Positions 37,798-51,137 of a DNA stretch of 57,232 bases are shown here, one piece after another. A program made the translations under genes and the position numbers. Source of the stretch: Octopus bimaculoides (taxonomy: Eukaryota); NCBI RefSeq assembly GCF_001194135.2, contig NC_068998.1:42579654-42636885 (forward strand). The letters run 5' to 3'. Position 1 is the first letter of the stretch. Every line of letters starts with the position of its first letter. The notes below the pieces were generated by a model. That model did no database searches, was not told where the DNA came from, and saw nothing but the letters and a program-made list of their open reading frames with translations.

Positions 37798-38877
37798 GCC
37801 ATGAAGTTTGCGAAAATTCTGGAGAAAACCATTGCAGAAACTTTTAGAATCGCTAAATTTATTATGACTGGAAACTTGGTGAGATATTTAGTTAATATTG
37901 GCGACAATTGCAGCTATTGTAGCACCAATAGAAAGATATTTTAGCAAACCCAAACATCAAAAACGTTTAATGGTCCACAATGTGTAAAACCTAACTTATT
38001 GATTTTTAGCAAGATCAAGTATGGAATAAAGCATTGCAAGAGAAATTGATTTTGATGGTTTTATTATAAATATTGCCACGAACAAAAAAGCCAGGAAAGC
38101 TCATTTCATTAGCTGTTTAGGCCTATCATTGCTCTGTAAAAATTATATTGTTCTATGGTCAGCTTCAGCCACAGGGAATAAAGTACTTATGAAAGTTTAC
38201 CACTGGTCGTATTCTGTTAAGCTGAGATTAGCCATCAACTTCAATTATATTTTCATAATCATACGCCAAAAGCTGTCTGCTTTGTTCAAATTTTGTTTTA
38301 ACCATATTTTCCTACAAAGAAGTGGGAAAAAACAAAAACACAAACTAAAACTACTATATATATAATACCATTATCTCACTTCATAGAACTTAACTGGGGA
38401 TGAATCAAAGGTTTATTTTAAACCTTTAGCCCTTAATCTTGAGGGGAGCAGAAATCCATTGCGGCGGTTCGCGATGGGTGAAAGTAGTCTTGTTTCTTCA
38501 TTGCGAAATTTTACCTGATGGGTTACTATCTATATGCGTACATATACACAAACACACACGCGCGCGTACACACACACAAAGACGTATATATATATATATA
38601 TATACGCACACGCACACACACATGTATGTATGTATATATATATATATATATATACGTGTGTGTGTGTGTGTGTGTATATATATAGGCCATGTGTCTATAT
38701 TAGAAATGGTTATTATTATTATTAATATATATATAGGGAGAGAGAGAAAGAGAGGTAGATATGTGTATGCTTGTTTGTCTTAGCGTTTGTCATACATCTA
38801 TTTCTTTATTTATCTATCTATCTATCTATATATCTATATGTTTGTTTTCCTGTCTTGTTTTTTGTCCGCCACTACAT

Positions 38878-39152
38878 TCCTCCATGGCTAGATTTAATTT
38901 GCGTATACAAATTTAATCTGCGGTCCGTGGGATGGGCCGTTTTAACGATGCGTCCTGCCCGAAGCTCGTCAAAACGCCGGTGTTAAAACGTGGGTAGCTG
39001 ATGAAGTAGAATGTTCTCTATGTGGCTCGTGTGTTTTCTCGTCTACGTTTGTTTGCAATGTCCTGTACCCAGATATGCACCTATACATACATGTGGATGT
39101 CGGTATGCACATACCTGTACGTATATATGCATATACTCATTTACTATTTGTG

Positions 39153-39189
<37 letters not shown>

Positions 39190-39345
39190 GGGAATAATTC
39201 CACAAGTGGCTTGTTTGTTTTCCTATGTGTTCGTTCTGTTGTTTGTAGTTCATTTTTCTAACGTCCTGTACCCGAATATGCATCTATATACACATGTAGA
39301 TGTAGGTATGTACATATATGTGTGTATACATGTATATACTTATAT
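38878..39345. mobile_element. Two fragments of a (TA)n-associated repeat sharing termini with 23369-24028
   Basis: Both end in gtcctgtaccc(a/g)(g/a)atatgca followed by catgt(g/a)gatgt(c/a)ggtatg. The upstream ctgatgaag motif is also shared with 23892. Confidence 0.6.
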
Positions 39346-39387
39346 ATCCTTTGTATTATTATATCATCGAACACACGCGTCCATTTG

Positions 39388-39427
<40 letters not shown>

Positions 39428-39755
39428 TTATGTATATGTATATATGTATGGATGCATATACATGTACACACACACACACACACACACATATAGAAAGAGA
39501 GAGAGAGATAGACAGAGAGATATGCGTGTGTTTACTTTTGTTCCACCACCACTGTTTGACAACCTGTCACCCAAAAGTCAGCGCTGCAGCAAAACGGACA
39601 GAGACAGCGTGCGCCACGCTTCAAAACAAACAAGGACTTGCGCCAATTCGTTCGACCAAATCTTTGGTTCTAAACCGGGGTCCACATGAATCTTTGAGGT
39701 CCTTATAACTCTTAAATCTGTTTATAAGTTTTTCTTGTTCAAATATATTTACAAT

Positions 39756-40142
39756 TGTTGGCACTCCGTCGTTTACGACGTTAAAGGTTCCGGTTGATCC
39801 GATCAACGGAACAGCCTGCTCATGAAATTAACGTGCAAGTGGTTGAGCACTCCACAGACACGTGTACCCTTAAAGTAGTTCTCGGGGATATTCAGCGTGA
39901 AACAGTGTGACAAGGCTGGCCCTTTGAATTACAGGCACAACAGAAACAGGAAGTAAGAATGAGAGAAAGTTGTGGTGAAAGAGTACAGCAGGGTTCGCCA
40001 CCATCCCCTGCCGGAGCCTCGTGGAGCTTTAGGTGCTTTCGCTCAATAAACACTCACAACGCCCGGTCTGGGAATCGAAACCGCGATCCTATGACCGCGA
40101 GTCCGCTGCCTTAACCACTGCCCTAACCACTTGCGCCTCCAC
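39756..40142 (-). mobile_element. SINE family C, full length, with 11-bp TSD
   Basis: tRNA-like head at the right end (B-box-like gcggtttcgattcccag on the minus strand). atatttacaat occurs at 39745-39755 and 40143-40153. Confidence 0.95.
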
Positions 40143-40553
40143 ATATTTACAATAAATTGTTTTTATTTTACAATTCACAAAATATTTAGAATCATTTTTT
40201 TATACAATTCTTAATTATAGGCGCAGGAGTGGCTGTGTGGTAAGTACTTTGCTTATCTCTGTCGTTGTTGGACGTGTTTTTGGTGAGTTGAACCTTTTGT
40301 TCAAAATTGGATTGTTGCTGTTGTTGAAATTATTGTTAACATGTCGAACATTTTCGAATTGTTGAAAATTGTTAAATTGTTGAACTGTTAATATTCTTTG
40401 TGCCTTTCCCCGGTGACGGGAGAAACGAATTGTTTGTGTAAAGCCATTTTTATATGCCAAAAATTGAACATTTTAAAGCCGGTGTAGGCTTATCGTTGCG
40501 CCCCGCCACCCCAGCGGGGTTGGGATATGATCTGTTATTTATTTTTGAACTTT

Positions 40554-41002
40554 TATCCTCGTTAAGAGGAAAAAAACACAATATAGGTTTCCCGTTTTGA
40601 GGTATTAATTTATGCTGTAGGATTTATTTTTTTTTTTTTTTTACCTGTTATCCTCGTTTAGAGGAAAAAACACAACATAGGTTTTCCATCTTTGATGTGT
40701 TCTGTGCTTTGTAGGAAAACTAAACTTCAGCCGTTGTAGGCTTTATTATTTGAACTATTGTCGTCATTAAGAGGAAAAAAAAAAAAAACATAGATTATAG
40801 GTTTCCCGTTTTGGAAAAGCTCGTTACAGGCTTGAACTGGTATCCTCCCTTACAGGAAAAAAAAACAACAACATAGGTTTCCCGTTTTGGAAAAAAAGTA
40901 AGCTCGTTACAGGCTCTACTACTACACTCCACCCCCCAACAGGGGGTAGGATTTGAACTGGTATTCTCTTTAAGAGTAAAAAAAATATAGGTTTCTCGTT
41001 TT
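40554..41002. repeat. Five diverged tandem monomers, spaced about 90-110 bp apart
   Basis: Core tatcctcgttaagaggaaaaaa...cataggtttcccgttttg at about 40554, 40649, 40757, 40841 and 40962. Confidence 0.85.
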
Positions 41003-41164
41003 TAGGGAAAATAATTGAAAATTTTTGTGTGTAAGAATTAATTTCGACACACACACATACATATGTACTCACACATGTATGTATGTATATAAACATGTGT
41101 GTGTATGTATATTATGTGTGAGTGTGTGTACATGCATATATACAAACACAAATACATACAACTA

Positions 41165-41470
41165 TAGCAGCGCTCCGTCGGTTACGACGACAAGTGTCCC
41201 AGCTGATCCGATCAACGGAACAGCCTGCTCGTGAAATTAACGTGCAAGTAGCTGAATACTCCACAGACACGTGTATCCTTAACGTAGTTCTAAGGGAGAT
41301 TTAGCGTGACACAGAATGTGACGAGGGTGGTCTCATTTTTGCCAGCTGAGTGGCCTGAAGCAATGTGAAATATAGAGTCTTGCTCAAGGACACAAACGCG
41401 TTGCCGGGAATTGAACTCACGACCTCACAATCATGAGCTGAATCTCCTTAACCACTAAGCCACGCACATT
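41165..41470 (-). mobile_element. Family C tail joined to family D head
   Basis: 41165-41330 matches the family C 3' half; 41330-41470 matches the family D core and head. Confidence 0.75.
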
Positions 41471-41529
41471 CACGGTACAAGTATAATATATAATTGATTA
41501 CATTATATACAAGAAAAAAAAAATATATA

Positions 41530-41757
41530 TGGTAAGTAGCTTGCTTACGAACCACATGGTTCCAGGTTCAGTCCCACTGCGTGGCACCTTGGGCAAGTGT
41601 CTTCTACTATTGCCTCGGGCCGACCAAAGCCTTGTGAGTGGATTTGGTAGACGGAAACTGAAAGAAGCCCGTCGTATATATGTATATGTATATATGTATG
41701 TGTGTGTATATGTTTGTGTGTCTGTTTGTTCCCCCAACATCGCTTGACAACCGATGG
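41530..41757 (+). mobile_element. SINE family A, 3'-truncated
   Basis: tggtaagtagcttgcttacgaaccacatggttccaggttcagtcccactgcgtggc...cttgacaaccgatggt. Confidence 0.92.
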
Positions 41758-42074
41758 TAGATAGATAGATAGATAGATAGACACACACACACACATATAT
41801 TCATATATATGCATGTATGCTAAGATATCTGTGTGTTAGTCTATGAGTGTGTGCGTGAGCATATATATGTGTGTGTTTGTATGTTTGCCATGTTGGTGTA
41901 TACATCATTGTGCGTTTTTATGTGAACACTTCTTGTATATGTGTATATGTGTACATGTGTATATGTGCGTATGTGTGTATGTTTATATGAGTCTACAGAT
42001 ATACACTGTGCTTATGTGATGCTGTTAGTGTTTATATCTACGTCTCACGGCACACTTATATGTGCGTGTGTATG

Positions 42075-42115
<41 letters not shown>

Positions 42116-42910
42116 GCACGCATACACGCATACACCCACACACTCACACATACATATATATATGTTTGTATATGCACACACAAATGCGTGTGTACTCACG
42201 CACCTGCACTCACGTATACGCATGTTAAAATGCATTTCACCAATACAAATGTATATATATACGCATTTTATACACTGCTGCTAAAAGAAAGGGAGGAAGA
42301 AACAAAGAAAGAAACAAAGAAAGAATGTATGAGAAAGAAGAAAAAGAAAGCGAGGAAGGAAGGAAGAATAGAAGGAAGGAAGGAAGAAAAGAAGGAAGGA
42401 AGAAGGTGTGGGTTAAGGCCGGGGTGGAAATGAAGGGGAAGCGTGAGAGATGAAAGATTTGAAGGAGAGAATGGAAGAATGACAGAAAGAGAAATGAAGG
42501 AAAATAGTAAAGTAGATAAAGAGAGAGAGAAAGAGAGAGGCTGAGATGCAGCGAGAAAGGTAAGACAGAGAGAAAGAGAAAACTGTTTAACTGAAGGATA
42601 GACAGACGGACGGACAGACAGAGAGACAGACAGACAAATATGTTGATGGATGGATGGATAGACACGGATGGATGGATAGACATAGATGGATGGATAGACA
42701 GCTAGACGCACACACACACACACACACACACAAACACATACAGATAGATAGATGGATGGATGGATAGAAAGGAAGAGAGAGAGAAAGAGAAAGTAAAAGT
42801 GTGTGTCAGAGAGAGAGAGAGAGAGAGTTGACAATTAAATAAGTATATAGATTTTAGATAGGTTGATAGAAATGTCGATCAATATATAAGTGAACAGAAT
42901 CACATACACG

Positions 42911-42947
<37 letters not shown>

Positions 42948-43487
42948 GCACATATATATCATGTCTCCACGTACACACACATGTGTATATTATGTCTACA
43001 CGTACACATACATGCTCAGACAGAGAGATAGTGCGAGGCATTTATGTGTAACTGCTTAACAAGAATCACTTGCGCCAGGTGAAAGAGTCTCCGCTGCGAT
43101 GCGATGTTGCTTATAACTTAAACAAGAAGCTTTACTCAGGAACCTTGGCAGCCGCTTTCTCGTACGTGTGTGTGTGTGTGTGNNNNNNNNNNNNNNNNNN
43201 NNNNNNNNNNNNNNNNNNNNNNNNNNNNNNNNNNNNNNNNNNNNNNNNNNNNNNNNNNNNNNNNNNNNNNNNNNNNNNNNNNNNNNNNNNNNNNNNNNNN
43301 NNNNNNNNNNNNNNNNNNNNNNNNNNNNNNNNNNNNNNNNNNNNNNNNNNNNNNNNNNNNNNNNNNNNNNNNNNNNNNNNNNNNNNNNNNNNNNNNNNNN
43401 NNNNNNNNNNNNNNNNNNNNNNNNNNNNNNNNNNNNNNNNNNNNNNNNNNNNNNNNNNNNNNNNNNNNNNNNNNNNNNNNNNNNNNN

Positions 43488-43546
<59 letters not shown>

Positions 43547-44017
43547 TCTATCTCTCTATCTATCTATCTATAGATATATACATACACACACACACACATT
43601 TACGCATGTATGTATATAAGTGACTGTGTTGTCATTGTTGCCATCATTCTTATTGTTGTTGTTGTTGATGTTGCTGTTGCNNNNNNNNNNCCATCATTCT
43701 TATTGTTGTTGTTGTTGATGTTGCTGTTGCTGTAGTCATCATCATCGTCATCATCATTGTCATCATCATCATCATCATCTTCATCAGTATTGCAGTTATA
43801 TGGATGAGAATCGTAAAATGTGGAGTGAACGCGAAACACACATACACACACACACACAAACACATACAAAGAGAGTGAGAAAGAGGGAGAGGAGGAGGAG
43901 AGAGAGAGAGAGAGAGCATAGACAGACTGACAGACAGACTGACACACAGACAGACAGACAAATATATATGTTACTGTCTTCGACTCCAACTGACGCAAAA
44001 GGCGTCGCGCATATATT

Positions 44018-44059
<42 letters not shown>

Positions 44060-45059
44060 TTCATATATATATATATATATATTCATATATACATGCATAC
44101 GTGTTTATTGTAGTTTGTTGTGGTGTTGGCGATTTTTAAGTATTTGTGAATCGATATTCTTCCGTGCAAACAAGTTGTCGTTTCTGATCATTGGTGATGG
44201 TCACATTGCTCATTGTGGTTATCGTGGTTGTCGTTGTAGATGTAATGGTAGTAGTAGTAGTAGTAGTAGTATAGTAGTAGTAGTAGTAGTAGTTGCAGTA
44301 GTAGCAGCAGCAGCAGCAGAAATAATACTAGTTGTTTTTGTTGTTGTTATTGTTGTTGTTATTGTTGTTGTTGCTGGTGGTGGTGGTGGGGGTGCAGGTG
44401 GTGGTAGTGTTATTGGAGAGGATCCTGTTCGTGTTTGCCGACGGTCACACAAGTTGTCGTTGCTGCTGATAATGATGACGATGATGATGATGGTGGTGGT
44501 GGTGGTGGTGGTTGCAGTGAAGGAACAGAATAAAGGAAAGAGAGAGAGAGAGAAAGAGAGAGCGGTGAGAGAGCAAGTCAGAGAGAATGAGTGGCAGAGA
44601 GACAGAGATAAACAGACGAAGAACCAGAGAGAGATGAAGAAGAGAGAGAGAGAGAGAGAGAGCGTAGGAAAAGAAGTGAGAAAGACAGGGAAAGGAACAT
44701 AGACACACGGACGAAGATGAGAGGGAGAGAGATAAGAGAGGGAGAGAGATAAGAGAGGGAGAGAAAGGAGAGCGAGGGAGGGAGCAGACGGAAAGGAAGA
44801 GAGAATAAGCGGGAGAGACAAAAACTAGGAAAACATCGGCTGACTCTGACAACAGGGGACTTTTCTATGTGGTCATCAGATAAGCCAGAAATAACAGCAA
44901 AATCCCACATTAGGTCGGTGGCTCACAATTCTTCAAATACCAGACGAATCCTAGCTTCCTATGGAAGGGGAAAACTTTTGGGCCCCACCCCTGTGCTCCA
45001 CTTTTATTAATTCTTATTAATTCCACTTTTATTAATTACTACTACAGATACAATGCTTG

Positions 45060-45430
45060 ACATTTTGGAAGACGGGGGCAAGACGATTACATGGCCCCCG
45101 CCCCAGTGCTCAAGTGGTACTTTTTTTATCGTCCCCGAAACATGAAAAGCAAAGCTAAACCGGAAGAAATGCCGCTGTACATTTTGTCCGACATTCTAAC
45201 AATTCTTATTTCTTTATTGCCCACAAGGGGCTAAACATAGAGGAGACAAACAAGGACAGACAAAGGGATTAAGTCGATTACATCGACCCCAGTGCCTAAC
45301 TGGTACTTTATTTAATCGACCCCGAAAGGATGAAAAGCAAAGTCGACCTTGGCGGAGTTTGAACTCAGAACGTAACGGCAGCCGAAATACCGCTAAGCAT
45401 TCCGACCGGTGTGCTAACGATTCTGCCAGC
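45060..45430 (-). mobile_element. SINE B variant-tail monomer joined to a decayed standard monomer
   Basis: 45205-45430 has the variant tail (cttatttctttattgcccacaagggg); 45060-45200 is a more decayed family B copy. Confidence 0.82.
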
Positions 45431-45792
45431 NNNNNNNNNNNNNNNNNNNNNNNNNNNNNNNNNNNNNNNNNNNNNNNNNNNNNNNNNNNNNNNNNNNNNN
45501 NNNNNNNNNNNNNNNNNNNNNNNNNNNNNNNNNNNNNNNNNNNNNNNNNNNNNNNNNNNNNNNNNNNNNNNNNNNNNNNNNNNNNNNNNNNNNNNNNNNN
45601 NNNNNNNNNNNNNNNNNNNNNNNNNNNNNNNNNNNNNNNNNNNNNNNNNNNNNNNNNNNNNNNNNNNNNNNNNNNNNNNNNNNNNNNNNNNNNNNNNNNN
45701 NNNNNNNNNNNNNNNNNNNNNNNNNNNNNNNNNNNNNNNNNNNNNNNNNNNNNNNNNNNNNNNNNNNNNNNNNNNNNNNNNNNNNNNNNNTA

Positions 45793-46486
45793 TACACACG
45801 GGGCGCGGTGAATAAACTGTCGTTCAAATTACCCAAAAATGAAAACAGCGCTGACATATCATTTTAACTGATATATTTACCAAAATTACATTAAAATATT
45901 TTGAAATACTAAAGAGTAAATTTACACAATAAAACTGCCATTGGCTTCAACCAAGGCCTCCAGGCGACTTCAGAATCTCCTACGACTCTTCTGGACGGTC
46001 TCCTTCTTAAAGTTAATGAATGCTGTCATAATCCTTGCCATAAACCAAGAGGGTTGCAGTCTTAGGAGTTAGGTAGCCAGACGTTAGGGGTGATGCGGTC
46101 GCAGAAATTGTCTGAGAACCATGACTGTGTTCTCCTGCTTGTGTGGCATGGTGCAGAGTCCTGTTGTCAGACATAGGGTCTTTCAGCAACCATCCTTTTG
46201 ACCCAGGGCAGCACTACCTTCTCCAAGCACTTGATGTAGGCCTCCGTGTTGAGTCTGAGACCGTTTGGGAAAATGAATGGAGGCAAACATCACCATTACT
46301 CCAAACACCACGATGTTGATTGGATGCTTGATTTTTATCACTCTCGGTACATGTCTTCAGATTGACTCCCAAACACTCGAGAATGTTCCTATTGGAGCTT
46401 CCGGCGCGAATTCCAAGCAGTACAATATGTGGTTTCCAAATTTCTGGCAGAGTGAATTGCGTCATGCTGCTGTTTTTCTCACAGAC
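45793..46486 (-). mobile_element. Internally deleted Tc1/mariner transposon, DD37D (maT-like) spacing
   Basis: Minus strand: N-terminal LLGIRAGSSNRNILECLGVNLKT joined to VIKIKHP...LRLNTEAYIKCLEKVVLPW...YV*QQDSAPCHTSRRTQSWFSDNFCDRITPNVWLPNS*DCNPLG...RLEALVEANGSFIV*. There are 37 residues between the second Asp and the expected third acidic position, which is now Gly. Confidence 0.88.
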
Positions 46487-46665
46487 GGTACCCAACTGAC
46501 CCTACTACACTGTGTAGTCGTAAAAATAATGAACAAACTATGCGCATGCGCGAAATTAAAAATGAATAGCAGCGGTCTTGCACTGAGCCAAGATAATCTT
46601 ACTTGCTAGTTTAAAGTGCGGTTTGCCGCAGTATCCGTAGTCTACGGTGTAAAATGACCTGACCT

Positions 46666-47017
46666 GGGTTAGGATTTAGGGTTGGCTTTAAGGTTTAGGG
46701 CTAGGGGTTAGAGTTAGGGTGTAGGGTTAGAGATAAGTTAAGGGTTAAGGGTTAGAGATGAATTTAGGGTTAGGGTTTAGAGTTAGGGTTTGGGATAAGG
46801 TTAGGGTTTAGGGTTAGGTTGTAGTGTTAGGGTTGAGTTTAAGGTATAGACTTAGGGTTTAAGGTTAGCGTCAGGGTTTCGGATAAGGTTAGTGTGTAGG
46901 TTTAGGGTTTAGGTTGTTTAGCGTTAGGATTAGGGTAAGGGTTAAAGATAAGATAGGATTTAGATTAAATTTTGGGTTTAGGTTAAGGGTTACGTTTAGG
47001 GTTAGAGTTAGGGTTAG
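46666..47017 (+). repeat. Degenerate (TTAGGG)n-like interstitial array
   Basis: About 350 bp of ttaggg/tttaggg/ttagag/ttaagg variants; a short second copy lies at about 47550-47582. Confidence 0.9.
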
Positions 47018-47089
47018 ACTACACGCTAAAGTGTAAATAGCCAAGTACACCGCACGTTCATTTGGCACCTAATCTTCTCTGCCCTATCG

Positions 47090-47261
47090 TTTTCCAGAGG
47101 CTGCAATAGCTCGGAGGAGAATATACACTCTCAAAGCGACGGGTGTTGAAACACCTCAGTCATAGACAAGCGAGGTAACTCATCTTCAATCCCATCTGAG
47201 AGTGAGACATAAATACACATACATATACACACACGCATACACATATATACACACCCATAGA

Positions 47262-47307
<46 letters not shown>

Positions 47308-47546
47308 CGGAATTTTTCTTCTGAAAATAGTTATGCAGGATCACCTCTGGCCTAACAACAAGACCTTCTTTGAGTCAACTACGGTGTCTCTATGTGGTCC
47401 TTTGATTTGCTGGAGATAGCAACCAAATGTCCTTCAAGTAACACACTACCAAGTTAGACGAAAATCACTTTTGGGACAATGTGGAGAAGTGTATGTGGGG
47501 ATTAAAACAGGATGGTCATGGTTGGCAAAATCTTTGATCGAAGATC
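47090..47546 (+). repeat. Local duplication, copy 1 (copy 2 at about 48307-48692)
   Basis: tttccagaggctgcaat...ctctcaaagcgacgggtgttg...ttgctggagatagcaaccaaatgtccttcaag...ggcaaaatctttgatcgaa is shared by both copies. Confidence 0.9.
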
Positions 47547-48150
47547 AACAAGGTTAGGTTTAGGGTTAGAATTAGGGTTAGACAGCACGCTAAAGTGTAA
47601 ATGGCCAACTACACCATACGTTCATTTGGCACCTTATCTCGTCTGCCCTGTCGCTATCGTCATCAGAACTAAAGAATACAGAAGGAACAGAAAAAAGAAG
47701 CTTGTACGTCATGGATGGAGAGTCGTTTTAATAACAAATTAGAAAAGCAAATACAAAAGAACATTCCTGAGAATAGGAAGTATAAGATTAATCTCAGAAA
47801 TCAACGACATTAAAAACTAATATAACATGACTGTTTTTCTTTTTAAGGTTTGAGCTGGGGTTTTTTACCCTACGGGTAGTTTTCGAGTTTTGTTATGTGG
47901 GCGGCTTCAAAATTGGTTCTGGAGGTGATTTCGCTTGTCGATGACCGGTGGGAGAAGATTTTCCCTCTTCTGTTCTCAGTGGTCTTACGTGATGTGCCAA
48001 AAAGAGCAGCTAAATCTCTATCTCTCTCACTCTCTCTCTCTCTCTCACTCTCTCTCTCTTCCTTTCTTTCTTTCTTTCTTTCTTTCTCTCCCTCCCTCTC
48101 TCATCACATCATGTACGACATCCTGCTCTTTTTAGGACGGTGGGACACTG

Positions 48151-48198
<48 letters not shown>

Positions 48199-48231
48199 AC
48201 CTACCAACCTACCTAGCTACCTAGCTACCTA

Positions 48232-48268
<37 letters not shown>

Positions 48269-48306
48269 TATCAATTACATATACTTAATGTATATGGTTC
48301 GTGTAT

Positions 48307-48692
48307 TTTCCAGTGGCTGCAATTGCGCGGTGGAGAATACAAACTCTCAAAGCGACGGGTGTTGGAACACCTCAGAGTTATGGACAGGCGGGGTAACTCA
48401 CCTTCAATCCCATCTGAGAGTGAGCCATACATACACACACATATACACACACGTATATACACACATATATGGAACTTTCTGAAAATAGTCATGCAGGATC
48501 ACCTCCGGACTTAACAGCAAGTAGGGTATCTCTATGTGGTCTTTTGATTTGCTGGAGATAGCAACCAAATGTCCTTCAAGTAACACACTAGCATCTTAGA
48601 CAAAAATCACTTTTGGAACAATGTGGAGAAGTGTATGTGGGGATTTAAACAGGATGGTCATGGCTGGCGGCAAAATCTTTGATCGAACATCA
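48307..48692 (+). repeat. Local duplication, copy 2
   Basis: Colinear, diverged homolog of 47090-47546. Confidence 0.9.
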
Positions 48693-48799
48693 ATTGGATC
48701 AGCTTTGATCTGAGATGAACGGCGACAAGACATCATAGAAATAGTAGCCAAATTTCCCTCAAATCACCTCCCATGTTTCAGAAAAAGACACAAGTAGTT

Positions 48800-48990
48800 C
48801 TAGGCTGCTAATGCGGCCAGCTGGTCGAATTGTGAGCACATAGGAAATGCATAGCGCCATTTCATGTAGATTTTTGACGATTCTGGGTTCAAATCCCGCC
48901 GAGGTCAACGTTACTTTTTATTCTTTCAGATTTGATAACATTAAGTGTTAGTTGAATATTGGAATCCCCCTCCCCTGAAAACTTCAAGTC
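48800..48990 (+). mobile_element. SINE family B, decayed
   Basis: gcggccagctggtcgaatt...ctgggttcaaatcccgccgaggtcaac. Confidence 0.7.
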
Positions 48991-49413
48991 TTGAACCTTG
49001 CAACGAACCGGTGTTCCGTTCTGGAGAATGTGACTTTGGATATTTATACACCTTCGAAACCGGCCTTACGATTCCTATGATGGCTCAAGGAAAACAAAAA
49101 TCCTAGGTTCTTATCAGCACTGACCAGGGGCCCAACTACATCAACAACAACAACATCAAATAAATAACGGAAATTTTGTGTGGCTTACTGACATGCTAGA
49201 AGTAGCAACTGAATCACACCTCACACTCGTTAAAAACGGAAAGATACAGAAGAGTAATGTATTTTTAGATATATAGTGTTGAAGTAAAGACAGGTTCGCC
49301 ATGGCTAGAACGTCTTCGGTGACAGCTGTTTTGGTATGTCATATTGTAAGGCTCCGTAGTGTGATATAGTGTGGGTATATGTTGTGTGTGTGTGACTCTA
49401 TAGAATTCGATAT

Positions 49414-49447
<34 letters not shown>

Positions 49448-49546
49448 CACACATATATATATATATATATATACACATATATATATATATTTATATGTAT
49501 GTATATATACAAATATATATATAAATATATATACGTTGTATATATG

Positions 49547-49577
<31 letters not shown>

Positions 49578-49627
49578 TTATATGTATGTATATATACAAA
49601 TATATATATAAATATATATACGTTGTA

Positions 49628-49676
<49 letters not shown>

Positions 49677-49892
49677 GTCTATGTATATATATGTGTGTAT
49701 ATATATATATGTGTACGTGTATGTATGTGTATATATATGTGTGTGTGTGTATACGTATATGTATATTTATATATGCATGTATATATATGTACGTATATAT
49801 ATAGACGTAGGTATGCACACACCTGTACGTATATATGCATATACTCATTTATTATTTGTTTATATATATATATATACATATATATATATGTT

Positions 49893-49937
<45 letters not shown>

Positions 49938-50352
49938 AGAAAGTAAGCGTGTTTGTGTGTTTGTAAGATACGTGTGTTCATATTGTGTAGGTGTGCGTGT
50001 AGGCACTATCGTTGCTGAACATACACCTCCATACAACTGATTGAGTAGATCCATTTCAAAAATGGTTCCATACGTGACCGTCTAGCTGGTTCTTGTTTCC
50101 AGTCATCGTGTATATTACACTACAATACCCAATGTGTTTGGAGACAGCAAAATTTATATTAGGGGATGAAGTGGATTTTCGAGGGCTCTGACTGCTATTT
50201 CTTGCACTTCGGTAGACCATATGGTGGTTTTCTCGTCTCCGTAGGTGTTACGTGTAGGTGTGTTGTAGGAGTATATATATGTTATGGTGTGGGCGTGTGT
50301 GTGTCTGTAGGTGTACGCGGTGTAGGTGTCTTTCCACTCACCTGTCTTTCAT

Positions 50353-50583
<231 letters not shown>

Positions 50584-51053
50584 GTCTGGCTGTTTGTCTC
50601 TCTGTCTGTCTGTCTGTCTGTCTATCTATTTATGTATCTGTCTTCCTTCTTTTCTTTGTTTCTTTCTCTTTTCTCTTTTTCTTTCTCTCTCTTCCCCTCT
50701 CTCTCTCTCTTTCTCTCTCTCTCCCTCTTTCTCTCTCTATTTATACATATGTACACACATACCCATACAAACATACATATACACATCTATACACACAGAC
50801 ATACATAAACACCCATCCACATCTGTTTGATTATGTATCAATCCAGGCCTCCACGCACGCACACACACACACACACACACACACTCGTACACACACATAT
50901 ATATACATGCACTCACATACATAAACACGTGCTTGTGTTGTACATATATACATTTATGTGCATATGTGTGTGTGCGCGTGTGTATACGCATGTATGTATG
51001 AAATCTATGAATGAATGTCTATGCACATAAACATATATACATACATACATATT

Positions 51054-51094
<41 letters not shown>

Positions 51095-51104
51095 TCACAT
51101 ACAC

Positions 51105-51137
<33 letters not shown>

